From Acidobacteriota bacterium (GTDB lineage Bacteria; Acidobacteriota; UBA6911; RPQK01; JAJDTT01), in NCBI GenBank assembly GCA_965263035.1, contig OZ253580.1:5184001-5248000 (forward strand): a stretch of 64,000 bases of DNA. Reading direction: 5' to 3'. Each line of letters opens with the position of its first letter. Position 1 is the first letter of the stretch. Shown piece after piece: positions 50,714-61,089 of the stretch. Made by a program: the position numbers and the translations under genes. The notes beneath the pieces are model-generated. The model searched no databases. It had not been told where the DNA came from and saw only the letters and a list, made by a program, of their open reading frames with translations.

Positions 50714-51795
50714 GGCCTAGACGCATGGATGACGAACGCGTAGTGCGCGTTCAGCCTGCCGTAAATCGTTTCAAACAGCGCCAAGCTGTCCGGTACGAGG
50801 AGATCGGATTCGTAGTAGTAGACATTCTTGTGAGCGAGGGTGTTCACGATTCGGGCGATCTCGTCCGCATCCTCGAAGCCGATCTGTTCGAGTGTATAGC
50901 TGATCCGACCGACACCGAGGAACGACGACACGTTCTCTAGCAGCTGACGAAGAAGCGCCAAGTGGTATGCACGGACATTGTTCTCTTGCCGAGCTTGCTT
51001 CAGCAACTGAAGGACTCGGAGGTGATAGAGGAACACGTCGCTCCCGGGGCGCTCCAGCGAGACTTCGCCGTGTTTACCGCTCAGGATCCTTGCCTTTGTC
51101 TTCTGCTTGTACTTGCTGCTCTTCTCGCCCTTCTTCAACCAATCGAACAGGATGGAGAATATCCCGATATGATGAGTGGCAATGATGATCTTCCGTTCGG
51201 TGAAGTGCTTCTTGATCAGTTCGTACAGCGTCGATGCGGTCACGAAGATATTGTGGTCGTCGAGGCTTGAGACCGGATCGTCGATGAATATATGGCGAGG
51301 CTGCCTTTCCGCCCAACCTTCCACTTCCATCATCGCCAGAAAGAAGCACCAGACAAAAACTCGCTCCTCGCCGCGGGAGATCTTTATCGCCGGAACATCG
51401 CCGGGCTGCGTATCGGCTGGGAAAAATGAAATCGACTTGATTCCCATCTCCGCATCTGGGTGCATGACGAAGCGGAAGTCGAAGCTTGCTCTGTACGGTT
51501 TCAGCTTCGCATGGATGTCGAGTTCGTTAAGGTCGGCGTGAAGCCTGCTGAGACTGCTCGGGAGGACGGTGAGTCGGATGTTGGCCTCACTGTTCTCGAT
51601 GTCATTGTTCCAGACGAAGAGATCCTCGCTGTATGCGTTGTAGTAGATGCCCGTGTGCGTTCCGTCGTCCTTTTTGGTCGCATTCTTGTACGCGACTGAT
51701 AGTTGCGTTTTCCCCACCGAGTTGAAAGCGTAAAGCAACTGAACGGCGGCAGCGTCGTCGCACAGTTCTGAAGCAATGTCTTCGATTGTTTTCAT
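50710..51795 (-). CDS. prrC: PrrC-like ABC-ATPase/HEPN anticodon nuclease
   Basis: LYAFNSVGKT, YYNAYSEDLF.W.ND, KISRGEE..F.W, FIDDPVSSLDD, THH and C-terminal RIVNTLAH; located inside the hsd operon. Confidence 0.82.
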   Translation of the reverse strand: MKTIEDIASELCDDAAAVQLLYAFNSVGKTQLSVAYKNATKKDDGTHTGIYYNAYSEDLFVWNNDIENSEANIRLTVLPSSLSRLHADLNELDIHAKLKPYRASFDFRFVMHPDAEMGIKSISFFPADTQPGDVPAIKISRGEERVFVWCFFLAMMEVEGWAERQPRHIFIDDPVSSLDDHNIFVTASTLYELIKKHFTERKIIIATHHIGIFSILFDWLKKGEKSSKYKQKTKARILSGKHGEVSLERPGSDVFLYHLRVLQLLKQARQENNVRAYHLALLRQLLENVSSFLGVGRISYTLEQIGFEDADEIARIVNTLAHKNVYYYESDLLVPDSLALFETIYGRLNAHYAFVIHASRP

Positions 51796-53054
51796 TCCGT
51801 CTCCGGCTTGGGGAAGAGTTGCTGCAGCAGGCCCCGCTTGTGCTGTTTGAGGGTTTCGAGCTTCCGCGCCTGTGCACCGATCAAATCATCGAGCGCGGTG
51901 AGGCATTCGGCGATACGACGCTGTTCGGCACGCTCTTTCGGATAAGCAAACGGTAGAGCACGGACGAGTGCTTGGCTCAAGTTCTTTTGGCCACCGCTAT
52001 TGCTGTTCGCGCGTATCTCCTTGTACCGCCCGGAAAGATTAAGAAACACGAAGCGTGGGTCTACCTCATCGCTAGGCAATATGGCAGCACATGCTTGATT
52101 CGTGGCAGCCTCAACACCCAGCATTGCGACCTTGCCTCGCGTCTTCCCTTGGCCGTACAACGCCATCAGCACCGTTCGCTTAGGGAACACCTTCGCAGAC
52201 GAGTTGGACAGCCCTGCGCTGCTGATAGACTCCCTGGTCGACTCGATGACATTGAAATCAACGATCGATGTCGTCACCCACGGAACTTCACCACCCCAGT
52301 AATCAGGTCGGGCACGGTGGGGTGTGCCGCCCGTTGTCGTCTCAAACAACTTCCCAAGTGGCGCGACACGCCACTCCTGCGTGTCCTGAAACTCGGGGAA
52401 GCGGAGGCGGGGTTGAGTTTGGCCTGCTTGGGGGAAGATCTGCTGCATCAGCCCTTGTTTGCGCTGCCGTATGGCGTCGAGCTTTCGACCCTCCGCCGCG
52501 ATTAGGTCGTCCAGCGAGTCGAGGCAGTCGGCGACCTTCTGCTGCTCACGCGGTGAAGGCGTCGGGATCGGCATTTGCATCAGGTCGTTGTTTGTGATGG
52601 CCATGCGATCATGCCGAGCGCCGCTGTTGGACACGCGCCGTAGATACCCGTGCCAGCGGGACGACTTGAAGTAGTGAGCGAAGAAATCGTTGGCGTCGCT
52701 CCGGAAGCGAAACACCGTATATAGGGGGGACATGACGCCCGTTCCAATCTGGTTCTTGGAGATGGGCCCGACAGGCGCGGTGGAAGAGACGCGAGGGTTG
52801 TAGACGTAGTCGCCCGTTTCCACGATGAAATAGTTGACGGTATTCGTAGCGATGTCTCTGTCGAAGTACTCCCGCTGATCGACAACACCATGTTCTGCAG
52901 AATTGGTCAGGGCCCTCAGATCAGCACCGTGAGTGTTTCGCTGGGTGATCCGCTGGGCCAACTTCTTGAGGGGCGGGCACTCCCACGGTGGTTCATCAAC
53001 GAATTCGGCGAACCGCAGTTTCGGCACAAGGTGCCATGGCTTATCGGCTGTCAT
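51792..53054 (-). CDS. hsdS: Type I R-M specificity subunit (two TRDs)
   Basis: Repeated P.LRF.EF and EQ..IA.CL..LDDLI...K.GL.QQ.FP conserved regions. Confidence 0.95.
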   Translation of the reverse strand: MTADKPWHLVPKLRFAEFVDEPPWECPPLKKLAQRITQRNTHGADLRALTNSAEHGVVDQREYFDRDIATNTVNYFIVETGDYVYNPRVSSTAPVGPISKNQIGTGVMSPLYTVFRFRSDANDFFAHYFKSSRWHGYLRRVSNSGARHDRMAITNNDLMQMPIPTPSPREQQKVADCLDSLDDLIAAEGRKLDAIRQRKQGLMQQIFPQAGQTQPRLRFPEFQDTQEWRVAPLGKLFETTTGGTPHRARPDYWGGEVPWVTTSIVDFNVIESTRESISSAGLSNSSAKVFPKRTVLMALYGQGKTRGKVAMLGVEAATNQACAAILPSDEVDPRFVFLNLSGRYKEIRANSNSGGQKNLSQALVRALPFAYPKERAEQRRIAECLTALDDLIGAQARKLETLKQHKRGLLQQLFPKPETE

Positions 53055-55135
53055 CGCGCGCCCCCCTGCTCGTAGGCGTTGAGTCCCGAGATGTCCCTGC
53101 CGTGGGCCCGCTTGTTCAGGAGCGGGACGAGGTCGTCCATGAGGGCGAGTTCCCGCTCCCGACGTTCACGCCAACCCAGGCCGAGCGGCTCCATCAGGTC
53201 GGTGAGCTGCTCGCCGTCGAAGATCATGCGCTGGAGGATGGTGTCGACGAAGGCCGAGAGCGACTCAGTCGTCAGACCGTGGGCGTGGGCGAGGTCCTCG
53301 ATCTCCTTGGCCTGCTTCTCTTCCTTGAACTGCTCGTAGCCGGCGCGGATGGAGGCCTCGTCAAGGCCCTCACCCTCCTTGAGTGAGCGGACGAAGTCGG
53401 TGATCTCTTCCCGCTCGTCGAGGAACTTGGCGTCGGACTGGATCAGCCCGATGAGCTGCTCGCGGCTGATCGTGAGCTTCTTCGGGTCCTGCCCCGAATA
53501 TTTGGCGATCAGCTTCATGATGTAGTCGTAGTCGATGAGTGCGGAGGCGAAGAGGACGAACTCGAAGTCGAGCTCGTCGACATCGAAGTTGGCGGGCTCG
53601 CCGTCCTTTCCGGGCGTACCCTGCTGCTCCTTAAGTCGCTGGGCGGTTTCGAGGTAGACGCCACGGAAGGCGCGGAGGTCGTCCTCGGGGAGGACCTGCT
53701 CAATCTGCTCGCGCTGCTCGTCGGTGAGGTCGGTGTACTGGTCGAGCTGGGTGTGGAGGCGCTGGACCTCCTTGAACCGCTTAATGAACTGGGCACGGGC
53801 GTCGTCGCCCATCAAGTTTTTCACCTGATCGGGCGTGGCTTCGCGGCCTTGCGACAGCATGAACTCGCGGAGGTCGGCGACGGCCTTACTGAAGTTGTCG
53901 ATGACGACGGGAGCCTTGTCGACCAGCCAGATCTCACGGGCCTGGTCAGCCTGCGCCCCGGAGAAGAGAGCGATGGCGGCGTCTACGCTGTCTTGCTGCT
54001 GGCGGAAGTCGAGGATGTGGCCGTAGGGCTTGGTCGCGTTGAGAACGCGGTTGGTGCGGGAGAAGGCCTGGATCAGGCCGTGGTGCTTGAGGTTCTTGTC
54101 GACGTAGAGCGTGTTGAGATACTTGGCGTCGAAGCCGGTGAGGAGCATGTCCACGACGATCGTGATGTCGATCTTCTCGCCGCCCTTGCGGGGCAGGTCG
54201 CGGTTGGAGAACTGCTGGTCCTTGATGCGCTGCTGGATGTCCTGGTAGTAGAGGTCGAAGTTGTTGATGTCGTGGTTCGTGCCGTACTGCTGGTTGTAGT
54301 CGGCGATGATGGCCTTGAGCGCGGTCTTCTTGCCCTCGGGGTCGTGCTGGTTGTCCTCCTTCTCCTGGGGGAGGTCCTCCTGGATCTGCTGGACGTCCTT
54401 GTTGCCCTCCGCTGGCGGCGAGAAGACGGCGGCGACCTTGAGGGGGACGAAATCGGGTTCGTCGGCCTGGCGTTGGGCCTGAAGCTGCTTGAAGACCTTG
54501 TAGTACTCGATCGCGTCGTTGATCGAGGCGGTGGCCAGCAGCGCGTTGAAGCGTCGGTCTCCGGTCGCGGCATCGTGCTTGTCGAGGATGGCCTGGGCGA
54601 CCGCCTGCTTCGTGAGCGTCTGACCCGGCTTGAGGGCGGAGGCGTCCTTTGGCTTGTAGTAATCGACGTGGAAGCGGAGGACGTTCCGATCCTCGATCGC
54701 GTGGGTGATGGTGTAGGCGTGGAGATCTTTCTGGAAGAGGTCCTTGGTGGTTCGAAGGGTGGCGACGTCTCCCTCGATCTGCTTGACGGTGGCGTTGTCC
54801 TCGAAGATCGGGGTGCCAGTGAAGCCGAAGAGCTGGGAGTTTGGGAAGAACTCCTTGATGGCCCTGTGGTTCTCGCCGAACTGCGAGCGGTGGCACTCGT
54901 CGAAGATGAAGACCATCCGCTTGTCTCGGAGCTGTTCGAGCCGCTGCTTGAACGTTGACTGCCCTCGAGCGATGCTCTGCTTGTTGTGCTTTCTGTTCTC
55001 GTCGAGGGCGAGCCCGAGCTTCTGGATGGTCGTGACGATGACCTTGTCCGCGTAGTCGTCGGACAGGAGGCGACGGACGAGCGCCGCGGTGTTGGTGTTT
55101 TCCTCGACGCAGTTCTCCTGGAACCGGTTGAACTC

Positions 55136-56918
55136 TGGAGTTGACCCGCTTTCGTGGACACATCCAAAGTAGGGGAGTAAGGAGGGATCCACGATGGCAA
55201 GAAAGCAGAGACGGTATCCGCCGGAGTTCCGGCGGGAGATCGTAGGGCTGGTGCGCTCGGGGCGATCGCCGGAGGCACTGGCGCGGGAGTTCGAGCCCTC
55301 GGCTTCGGCGATCCGGAAGTGGGTCAAGCAGGCCGATCTGGACGAGGGGCACCGGAGCGACGGGTTGACGACGTTCGAGCGCCAGGAGTTGCGCCAGGCG
55401 AGGCGGGAGATCAAGCGCCTGCGGATGGAGCGGGACATCCTAAAAAAAGCCGCGGCTTGGTTCGCCCGGGAGAGCGACTCGATCCCCGGAAAGGATTCGA
55501 GGCGCGTAAAGGCGCACCGGGCCCAGTTTCCGATTCGGGTGATGTGCCGCGTGTTGGGTCTCTCCCCCAGTGGGTACTACGCCTGGTTGAAACGTCTGCC
55601 CTCGAACCGGGCTCGCCAGGACCAGGCGCTTCGGGAAAAGATCGTGCAGATCTGGAACGAGAACCGGAGAGTTTACGGTCGGCCTCGTCTGCATGCCGAA
55701 CTGAGAGCTCGAGGGGAACGGACGAGCCCGAAGCGTGTGGGCCGATTGATGCGGGAAGCGGGAATTCAGGGGGTGAGCCGGAGGCACCGGAAGGCCGGGC
55801 TCACCCGGAGGGACCGGAAGGCGCGTCCCGCACCGGACCTGGTGAACCGGAACTTCGCGGCTGAGGGACCGGATCAGCTCTGGGTGGCGGACCTGACGTA
55901 TGTTCGCACGCAGGCGGGCTGGTTGTATGTGGCCGTGGTCCTGGACGCTTGGAGCCGAATGGTCGTGGGCTGGGCAATGGAGACCCATCTGCGGTCCGAA
56001 CTGGTCGAGAATGCGCTCGCCATGGCGGTGATACGGCGACAGCCGAAGCAGGTGATCCACCACTCGGACCAGGGGGCACAATACACCTCGACGGCCTTCG
56101 GGAAGAGATGCCGGGAGGCCGGGGTGCGGCCGTCGATGGGCTCGGTGGGGGACGCTTACGACAACGCGATGTGCGAGAGCTTCTTCGCGACGCTGGAATG
56201 CGAGTTGCTGGACCGTCACCAGTTCCGGAATCCGAATCAGGCGAGGCGGGCCGTCTTCGACTTCATTGAGGGATTCTACAACCGGCGCCGCCGACACTCG
56301 GCGCTGGGCTACGAGTCGCCGGTCCGCTACGAGCAGCAGGCAGCGTAGGACCCACGGCGTCGTCGAAACTCGATCCGGACGACGAGATCCTCGATTCGTG
56401 CTCTCGCCGAGTGCAGTGATGACCTGCTGGGGTCGTCTTTCCTGCCTCCAATGCCGGTCCTGCGGGCCGGGAGGCTCAGAAGGACTGACGCCGCCTCACG
56501 AACCGGTTCGTTTTCGCGCTGCTCGACCACGAAGCCAGCACCATCACCGTCGCACCAAGCGTCGCGCGCGACACGATTGAAGAGGGCAGGGGGGCGCTGC
56601 CCCCCTGAGACCCCCGGATGCAAAGAGATACACACCACTCTTAAATCCCTGGAAAGAAAGCGCCGAGGCCCCCTCGTTACGCGGTATCCCATTGTGGAAA
56701 ATCAGAGATTTCCCACAACGGGAGCCCTTTTGCTGACGCCTCCATCAGTCCCCCCACAGAAGAAAGAACGCTCTGTCAATGGTCAAAACCCTGACATTTT
56801 CTATGGCCATTGACATTCAGCGGGAGGAAGTCTTGCTCCCCAACGACAGAAGGAGTATTACAACCTAGACCAACGTAAACCGCACTAATAAACCGTCCAC
56901 GAAAACGGGACACCTTCA
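55136..56918 (+). mobile_element. IS3 family element (1783 bp)
   Basis: TG...CA ends, inverted repeats TGGAGTTGACCCGCTTTCGTGGAC and GTCCACGAAAACGGGACACCTTCA; CTC target duplication. Confidence 0.9.
55194..56348 (+). CDS. IS3 family transposase (OrfA and OrfB in a single frame)
   Basis: HTH OrfA, LKKAAAWF, WVADLTY, HHSDQG.QY and DNA..ESFF. Confidence 0.92.
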   Translation: MARKQRRYPPEFRREIVGLVRSGRSPEALAREFEPSASAIRKWVKQADLDEGHRSDGLTTFERQELRQARREIKRLRMERDILKKAAAWFARESDSIPGKDSRRVKAHRAQFPIRVMCRVLGLSPSGYYAWLKRLPSNRARQDQALREKIVQIWNENRRVYGRPRLHAELRARGERTSPKRVGRLMREAGIQGVSRRHRKAGLTRRDRKARPAPDLVNRNFAAEGPDQLWVADLTYVRTQAGWLYVAVVLDAWSRMVVGWAMETHLRSELVENALAMAVIRRQPKQVIHHSDQGAQYTSTAFGKRCREAGVRPSMGSVGDAYDNAMCESFFATLECELLDRHQFRNPNQARRAVFDFIEGFYNRRRRHSALGYESPVRYEQQAA

Positions 56919-58002
56919 CTCCTCGCGGGTCTGGCGGTCGAGGTCCTTGCGATCGACGACGAACAGGCACTTGAGGATGCTGTCGTTGGTCTTGAGGAGT
57001 GTCGCGGCCTTGAAGGAGGTGAGCGTCTTGCCCGAGCCGGTCGTGTGCCAGATATATCCGTTGCCGCAGTTCTGGTCGATGCAGTCGACGATGGCCTTGA
57101 CGGCGTAGATCTGGTACGGGCGCATCATTAGGAGCTTCTGCTCGCTCGCGATGAGGACCATGTACTTGCTGATCATCTGGCCAAGCGTGCACTTGGCGAG
57201 GAACCGATCGGCGAAGTCGTCGAGGTGGGTGATCTTCGTGTTGTCCTCGGCCGCGCACTGGTAGATCGGAAGGAACCGCTCGTCCGCGTCGAAGGCGAAG
57301 TGCCGCCCATTGTTGTTGGCGAAGTACCACGTGTCGGTGCGGTTGCTGACGATGAAGAGCTGGACGAAGCAGAGAAGCGTCTTGGTGTATCCGTTACCGG
57401 GGTCGTTCTTGTAGTCGACGATCTGCTCCATCGCCCGCCGGGGGCTGATCCCAAGCGTTTTTAGTTCGATCTGAACGACGGGGACGCCGTTGATCAGGAG
57501 CATGACGTCGTAGCGGTGATGGCTGTTGTCCGTATTGATGCGGAGCTGATTGACGACTTCGAAGTGGTTTTTGCACCAGTCCTTGATGTTGACGAGGGTA
57601 TAGTTGAGCGGCGTGCCGTCGGCGCGGATAAACGCTTCCCGGTTCCGGAGGGAGCGTGCGGCTTCGTACACGTCGGGTGTGACGATCTCATCGAGGAGTC
57701 GCTGGAACTCGCCGTCGGTGAGTGTGACACGATTCAGGGCTTCGAACTTTTTCCTGAAGTTCGCTTCAAGCGTGGCTCGATCGCGGATGTCGGGGCGATA
57801 TTCGTACTTGAGATCCCGTAACTTTGTGACAAGCGACTCTTCAAGATCGCGTTCGGGTGTGATCATCGCCATCGCGGGGACTCACTTTATTGGGCGTCTG
57901 CTAAAAGCGTCCGACTGTCCGGTGTTACATACGAACGTGAGCCGAGGTTGGCTTCGATGCCGCGGATGAAGGAGGCGATCTTGCTGTGGATGGATTGTTC
58001 TA

Positions 58003-58125
58003 TCATTCTGCCTTCCCGGTGGTGATTGGGCGGCTATCGCCGTGGCCTGTCTCAAAAAACCTCAGCCGCTCGTACTCCTCCACCGCCATCACCACCACAA
58101 CCGGCCGGCCATGCTTGGCGACCAC
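58003..58125 (-). pseudogene. Phd/YefM antitoxin fragment (5'-truncated) upstream of hsdR
   Basis: Reads VVAKHGRPVVVVMAVEEYERLRFF...* on the minus strand; not in the ORF track. Confidence 0.7.
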
Positions 58126-58404
58126 ACTGCTAGTCGGCCCCAAAGGCCTGCCCGTCATCGGTCCGACCACCACCGCCCTGGGCGCTCCGGAGCGCTCAGG
58201 ACGGAGCCATTTAAACAGATAACCCCGGCAACTTTGGTAGTGGTGCCGAGAAGTGTGAAATGTTGGGAAAGCTATTTCTCAACCTCTCCCCGTCCCACTA
58301 CCCAAGCAAAGGGGTCTATGGCCTTTGCACGGCCTTACACTTACTAAAACCGCTTCCGCTTAGAGACGGGTCCCACAGCCCAAAGCGGACTGGAAGATTA
58401 CCCC

Positions 58405-58686
58405 CTATCCCCTTCCAACTGCTTTATTCTCGCGTGCGATACTGCCCGTTACGGTGTCCAAAATGCGAATGATCTGCCGGTGGTTTTTATGCATCTGCTC
58501 TAGCGTGACTGCGTTCTCTGTCTTATCGGGTTTCGATTGAACGGGCGATCGTGCCGCTCGGTGCGCGATTTCAAGGGCCAACTCTAGCTGTTGCTCAACG
58601 AGGCTCTTGACATGCAAAAGCGATGGGCCATCGTAGTCACTGGCAATAGGACCTGGGAACTCAGCGTGACTTGGAGTCTTGCTCAT
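58405..58686 (-). CDS. Hypothetical protein
   Basis: GGAGG RBS before MSKTPS; helical ORF. Confidence 0.45.
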   Translation of the reverse strand: MSKTPSHAEFPGPIASDYDGPSLLHVKSLVEQQLELALEIAHRAARSPVQSKPDKTENAVTLEQMHKNHRQIIRILDTVTGSIARENKAVGRG

Positions 58687-58786
58687 TATACGTCCTCCGA
58701 TAGTAGTGTTCGAGTGCGTTGCTGGAATTTCCCTTCCCACCAAGTCTTCAGGTGACACCGAAGGGATCTAGCTCGGTTGGGTTCTC

Positions 58787-59065
58787 TCAGTCGGGAGACA
58801 AAGCCTCCTTCACTTCAGTGGCTACCAAGCCAGGCAAGTCTATCCGCAGTTCGTCGATGTCTGCCGCAATGACTTTGGACCTAGCGATCAGACTCCGCAG
58901 GTGGACATCCAGTTTGTCCATCCGCGTTTCCATGCTCGCCATCCGGTTCTCAAGGCGGTCCATCCGTTCTTCCAGCTTGTCCATCCGCTTTACAAGCGGT
59001 TGAATGCCAGCTTGGACAGCCTTGTACACGACCGACAAGAGTTCGGCCTTTTCTTCCGTAGTCAT
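58787..59065 (-). CDS. Small coiled-coil heptad-repeat protein
   Basis: RMDKLEE/RMDRLEN/RMASMET/RMDKLDV encoded by 21-bp tandem repeats. Confidence 0.65.
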   Translation of the reverse strand: MTTEEKAELLSVVYKAVQAGIQPLVKRMDKLEERMDRLENRMASMETRMDKLDVHLRSLIARSKVIAADIDELRIDLPGLVATEVKEALSPD

Positions 59066-59403
59066 CGTGTGTCTACTCCCTGGACACAAGATACCAAAGT
59101 TTCGGGTTTTAAATAATTCCTACGAAGCGAGGGAAGTAGCCTGTCGGGGAGAACCCGACAGCGGAAACTGTTGTCCGACAATGTCGATGACAAGGTTTAG
59201 ATTGGCTGTATCCGACTTGTAGGCCCGATGGGCTGCAGCGTGGCCCGCATTCAGCGCCGCCTCCAGGGTCTCTCGATTGATCTTGCTCAGGAATCCCTTG
59301 TCCTCCAGCGCATCCAGCCTCTTCGCGAAGGTGCCGGAATCACCAACCTGCCTTAATAAGGGGGATTATATACGAAAGTGCCGAAAAAGGTTGCCCGTAG
59401 GGG

Positions 59404-59432
59404 TTGACAATCCCGGAACTTTCCTATATAAT
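59404..59432 (+). promoter_or_regulatory. Consensus sigma70 promoter of the IS1595 transposase
   Basis: TTGACA-N17-TATAAT followed by AGGAGG RBS. Confidence 0.75.
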
Positions 59433-59457
59433 ATGTCTTGTAAGTCAGGAGGCTGCA

Positions 59458-60408
59458 ATGAGTTACGAGACACGGAACAAGGCACTCGGCAAGGCGTTCC
59501 GAGAGGGACTTTCACTTCGCGGATTCTTCAAGAGATTTCCCGACGATAAAGCCGCTGAGGAATGGTTCATAAAGCAGCGGTGGCCGGAGGAAGTCTGTTG
59601 CGTCCATTGCGGCTCCACCAACGTCCAGACCGGAGCCAAGCATCCTTCCATGCCGTATCGTTGCCGCGATTGCGGCAAGCGGTTCAGCGTCCGGGTCGGG
59701 ACGGTTATGCAGTCCTCCAAACTCGGCTATCAGACTTGGTTGCTTGCGACCTACCTCCTTACTACCAGCCTCAAGAGCGTTTCCTCCATGAAGCTGCATC
59801 GTGACCTGGACGTAACACAGAAGACGGCTTGGCACCTTGCTCACCGGATACGGAAAGGTCTGAACCTGACTGGAATGGCCCTGTTCTCCGGCCCGGTCGA
59901 GGCTGACGAGGCGTATCTCGGCGGAAAGCGGAAGAATATGCCGAAGGCCAAACGCGCCAAACTGAAGGGACGTGGAGCCGTTGGAAAGACGGCCGTGGCT
60001 GCCGTCAAAGATCGCCCCTCCAACCAAGTGTCGGCCCGAGTCGTCCCTGACACCAAGTCTGAAACCCTCTCCCGTTTCGTCTTGGAGCACGTGGGAGAAG
60101 ATGCCAAGATCTACACGGACGATTCAACCTCTTACGGCCGGCTTGTCCATCACGAGACGGTCAGACATTCTCTTCAGGAGTACGTCAAAGGCAACTGCCA
60201 CACCAACGGAGCCGAATCGTTCTGGTCCATGTTGAAGCGGAGTTACCACGGAACCTTTCACCACTTCTCGGAACAGCACACCGACCGATACGTTGGAGAG
60301 TTTGCCGCACGTCACAACCTAAGGCGCATGGACACGTTGGATCAAATGGCCCTGGTCGCTGACCGGATGGTGGGAAAGCGGCTGCGTTACAAGGATTTGG
60401 TGGGTTGA
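59458..60408 (+). CDS. IS1595 family transposase, intact
   Basis: CxxC..CxxC zinc ribbon, VEADEAYLGG, IYTD, HTNGAESFWS.LKR and Y..EF..R.N. Confidence 0.94.
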   Translation: MSYETRNKALGKAFREGLSLRGFFKRFPDDKAAEEWFIKQRWPEEVCCVHCGSTNVQTGAKHPSMPYRCRDCGKRFSVRVGTVMQSSKLGYQTWLLATYLLTTSLKSVSSMKLHRDLDVTQKTAWHLAHRIRKGLNLTGMALFSGPVEADEAYLGGKRKNMPKAKRAKLKGRGAVGKTAVAAVKDRPSNQVSARVVPDTKSETLSRFVLEHVGEDAKIYTDDSTSYGRLVHHETVRHSLQEYVKGNCHTNGAESFWSMLKRSYHGTFHHFSEQHTDRYVGEFAARHNLRRMDTLDQMALVADRMVGKRLRYKDLVG

Positions 60409-60910
60409 ACGAAAATCGACTGATCTTTGGAGACAACCTTGAAGTCATGCGGGAGGATGTCCCGGATGAATCCGTTGGGAACACACCCAATACATTGGCC
60501 TTCCCCATACCATCACACACGCTCAGGAGCTTGCCAGCATCGATAAATTCCGGTTTGAGAGGTGGGCTGCTGCTCTGGTGGACGGTATGGAGCCGAACCG
60601 AATCCAGAGACGGGATGGCGGAATTGACGGCGTGGGACGGCTCCCGATCCGCCAGGGCCGGTTCATTGACATCGTTTCTCAGGTCAAAGGCGGCTCTACC
60701 AATCCCGGACACGTCCAAGCCTTCAACGGCGCACGTCAACAGGCCGGAGCTGATCTCGGCATCTTCACCTGCTTTCGAGACAGAGTGACCAACGGCATGA
60801 GAAATGCCGCCGTCAACGCCGGACGCTTCATGGACCTGCCCAAGATTCAAATCTACACGCCGGAAGACTCCTTTGAGGGGAAGCAACCTAGGATGCCGAG
60901 GGCCGCATGA
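60405..60910 (+). pseudogene. Internally deleted DNA methyltransferase/Mrr-like endonuclease passenger
   Basis: N-terminus NRLIFGDNLEVMR..PDESV, then a jump to another frame FERWA...DGGIDG...QVKGG; MTase body missing. Confidence 0.75.
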
Positions 60911-61089
60911 AGAAACCCAGACACAATCCCCAACATCCCACCATCGAACTGGTCAAGGATTCCTACCAACCGACCAAGGCCGAACTGGAACAGGATATGC
61001 GCGTGGAAGCAGACTTCGAGGAGCTGGCCCGTGCATTGGTCCAGCCCGTGAATATCAGATGGATAGACCGGCCACGGAACCGGCGTTAA
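60907..61089 (+). CDS. Small hypothetical passenger protein of IS1595
   Basis: ATGA-coupled to the upstream stop; ends just before the right inverted repeat. Confidence 0.55.
   Translation: MKKPRHNPQHPTIELVKDSYQPTKAELEQDMRVEADFEELARALVQPVNIRWIDRPRNRR

Larger units (their letters stand above)
53051..57872 (-). pseudogene. hsdR: Type I R-M restriction subunit interrupted by IS3
   Basis: N-part (QIELK, HTTGSGKT, VVDRKDLDRQTREE) at 56919-57872; C-part (FNRFQ, DECHR, FTGTP, MLLTGFD, QAFSRTNR) at 53051-55135; joins in frame once the IS is removed. Confidence 0.93.

Noticed and set aside
53051-55438. 795-aa ORF as an intact HsdR
   Set aside because: Its first ~100 aa are antisense IS3 sequence; the true N-terminus is at 56919-57872
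58911-58995. 21-bp tandem repeats
   Set aside because: They encode coiled-coil heptads and are not a CRISPR array or iterons
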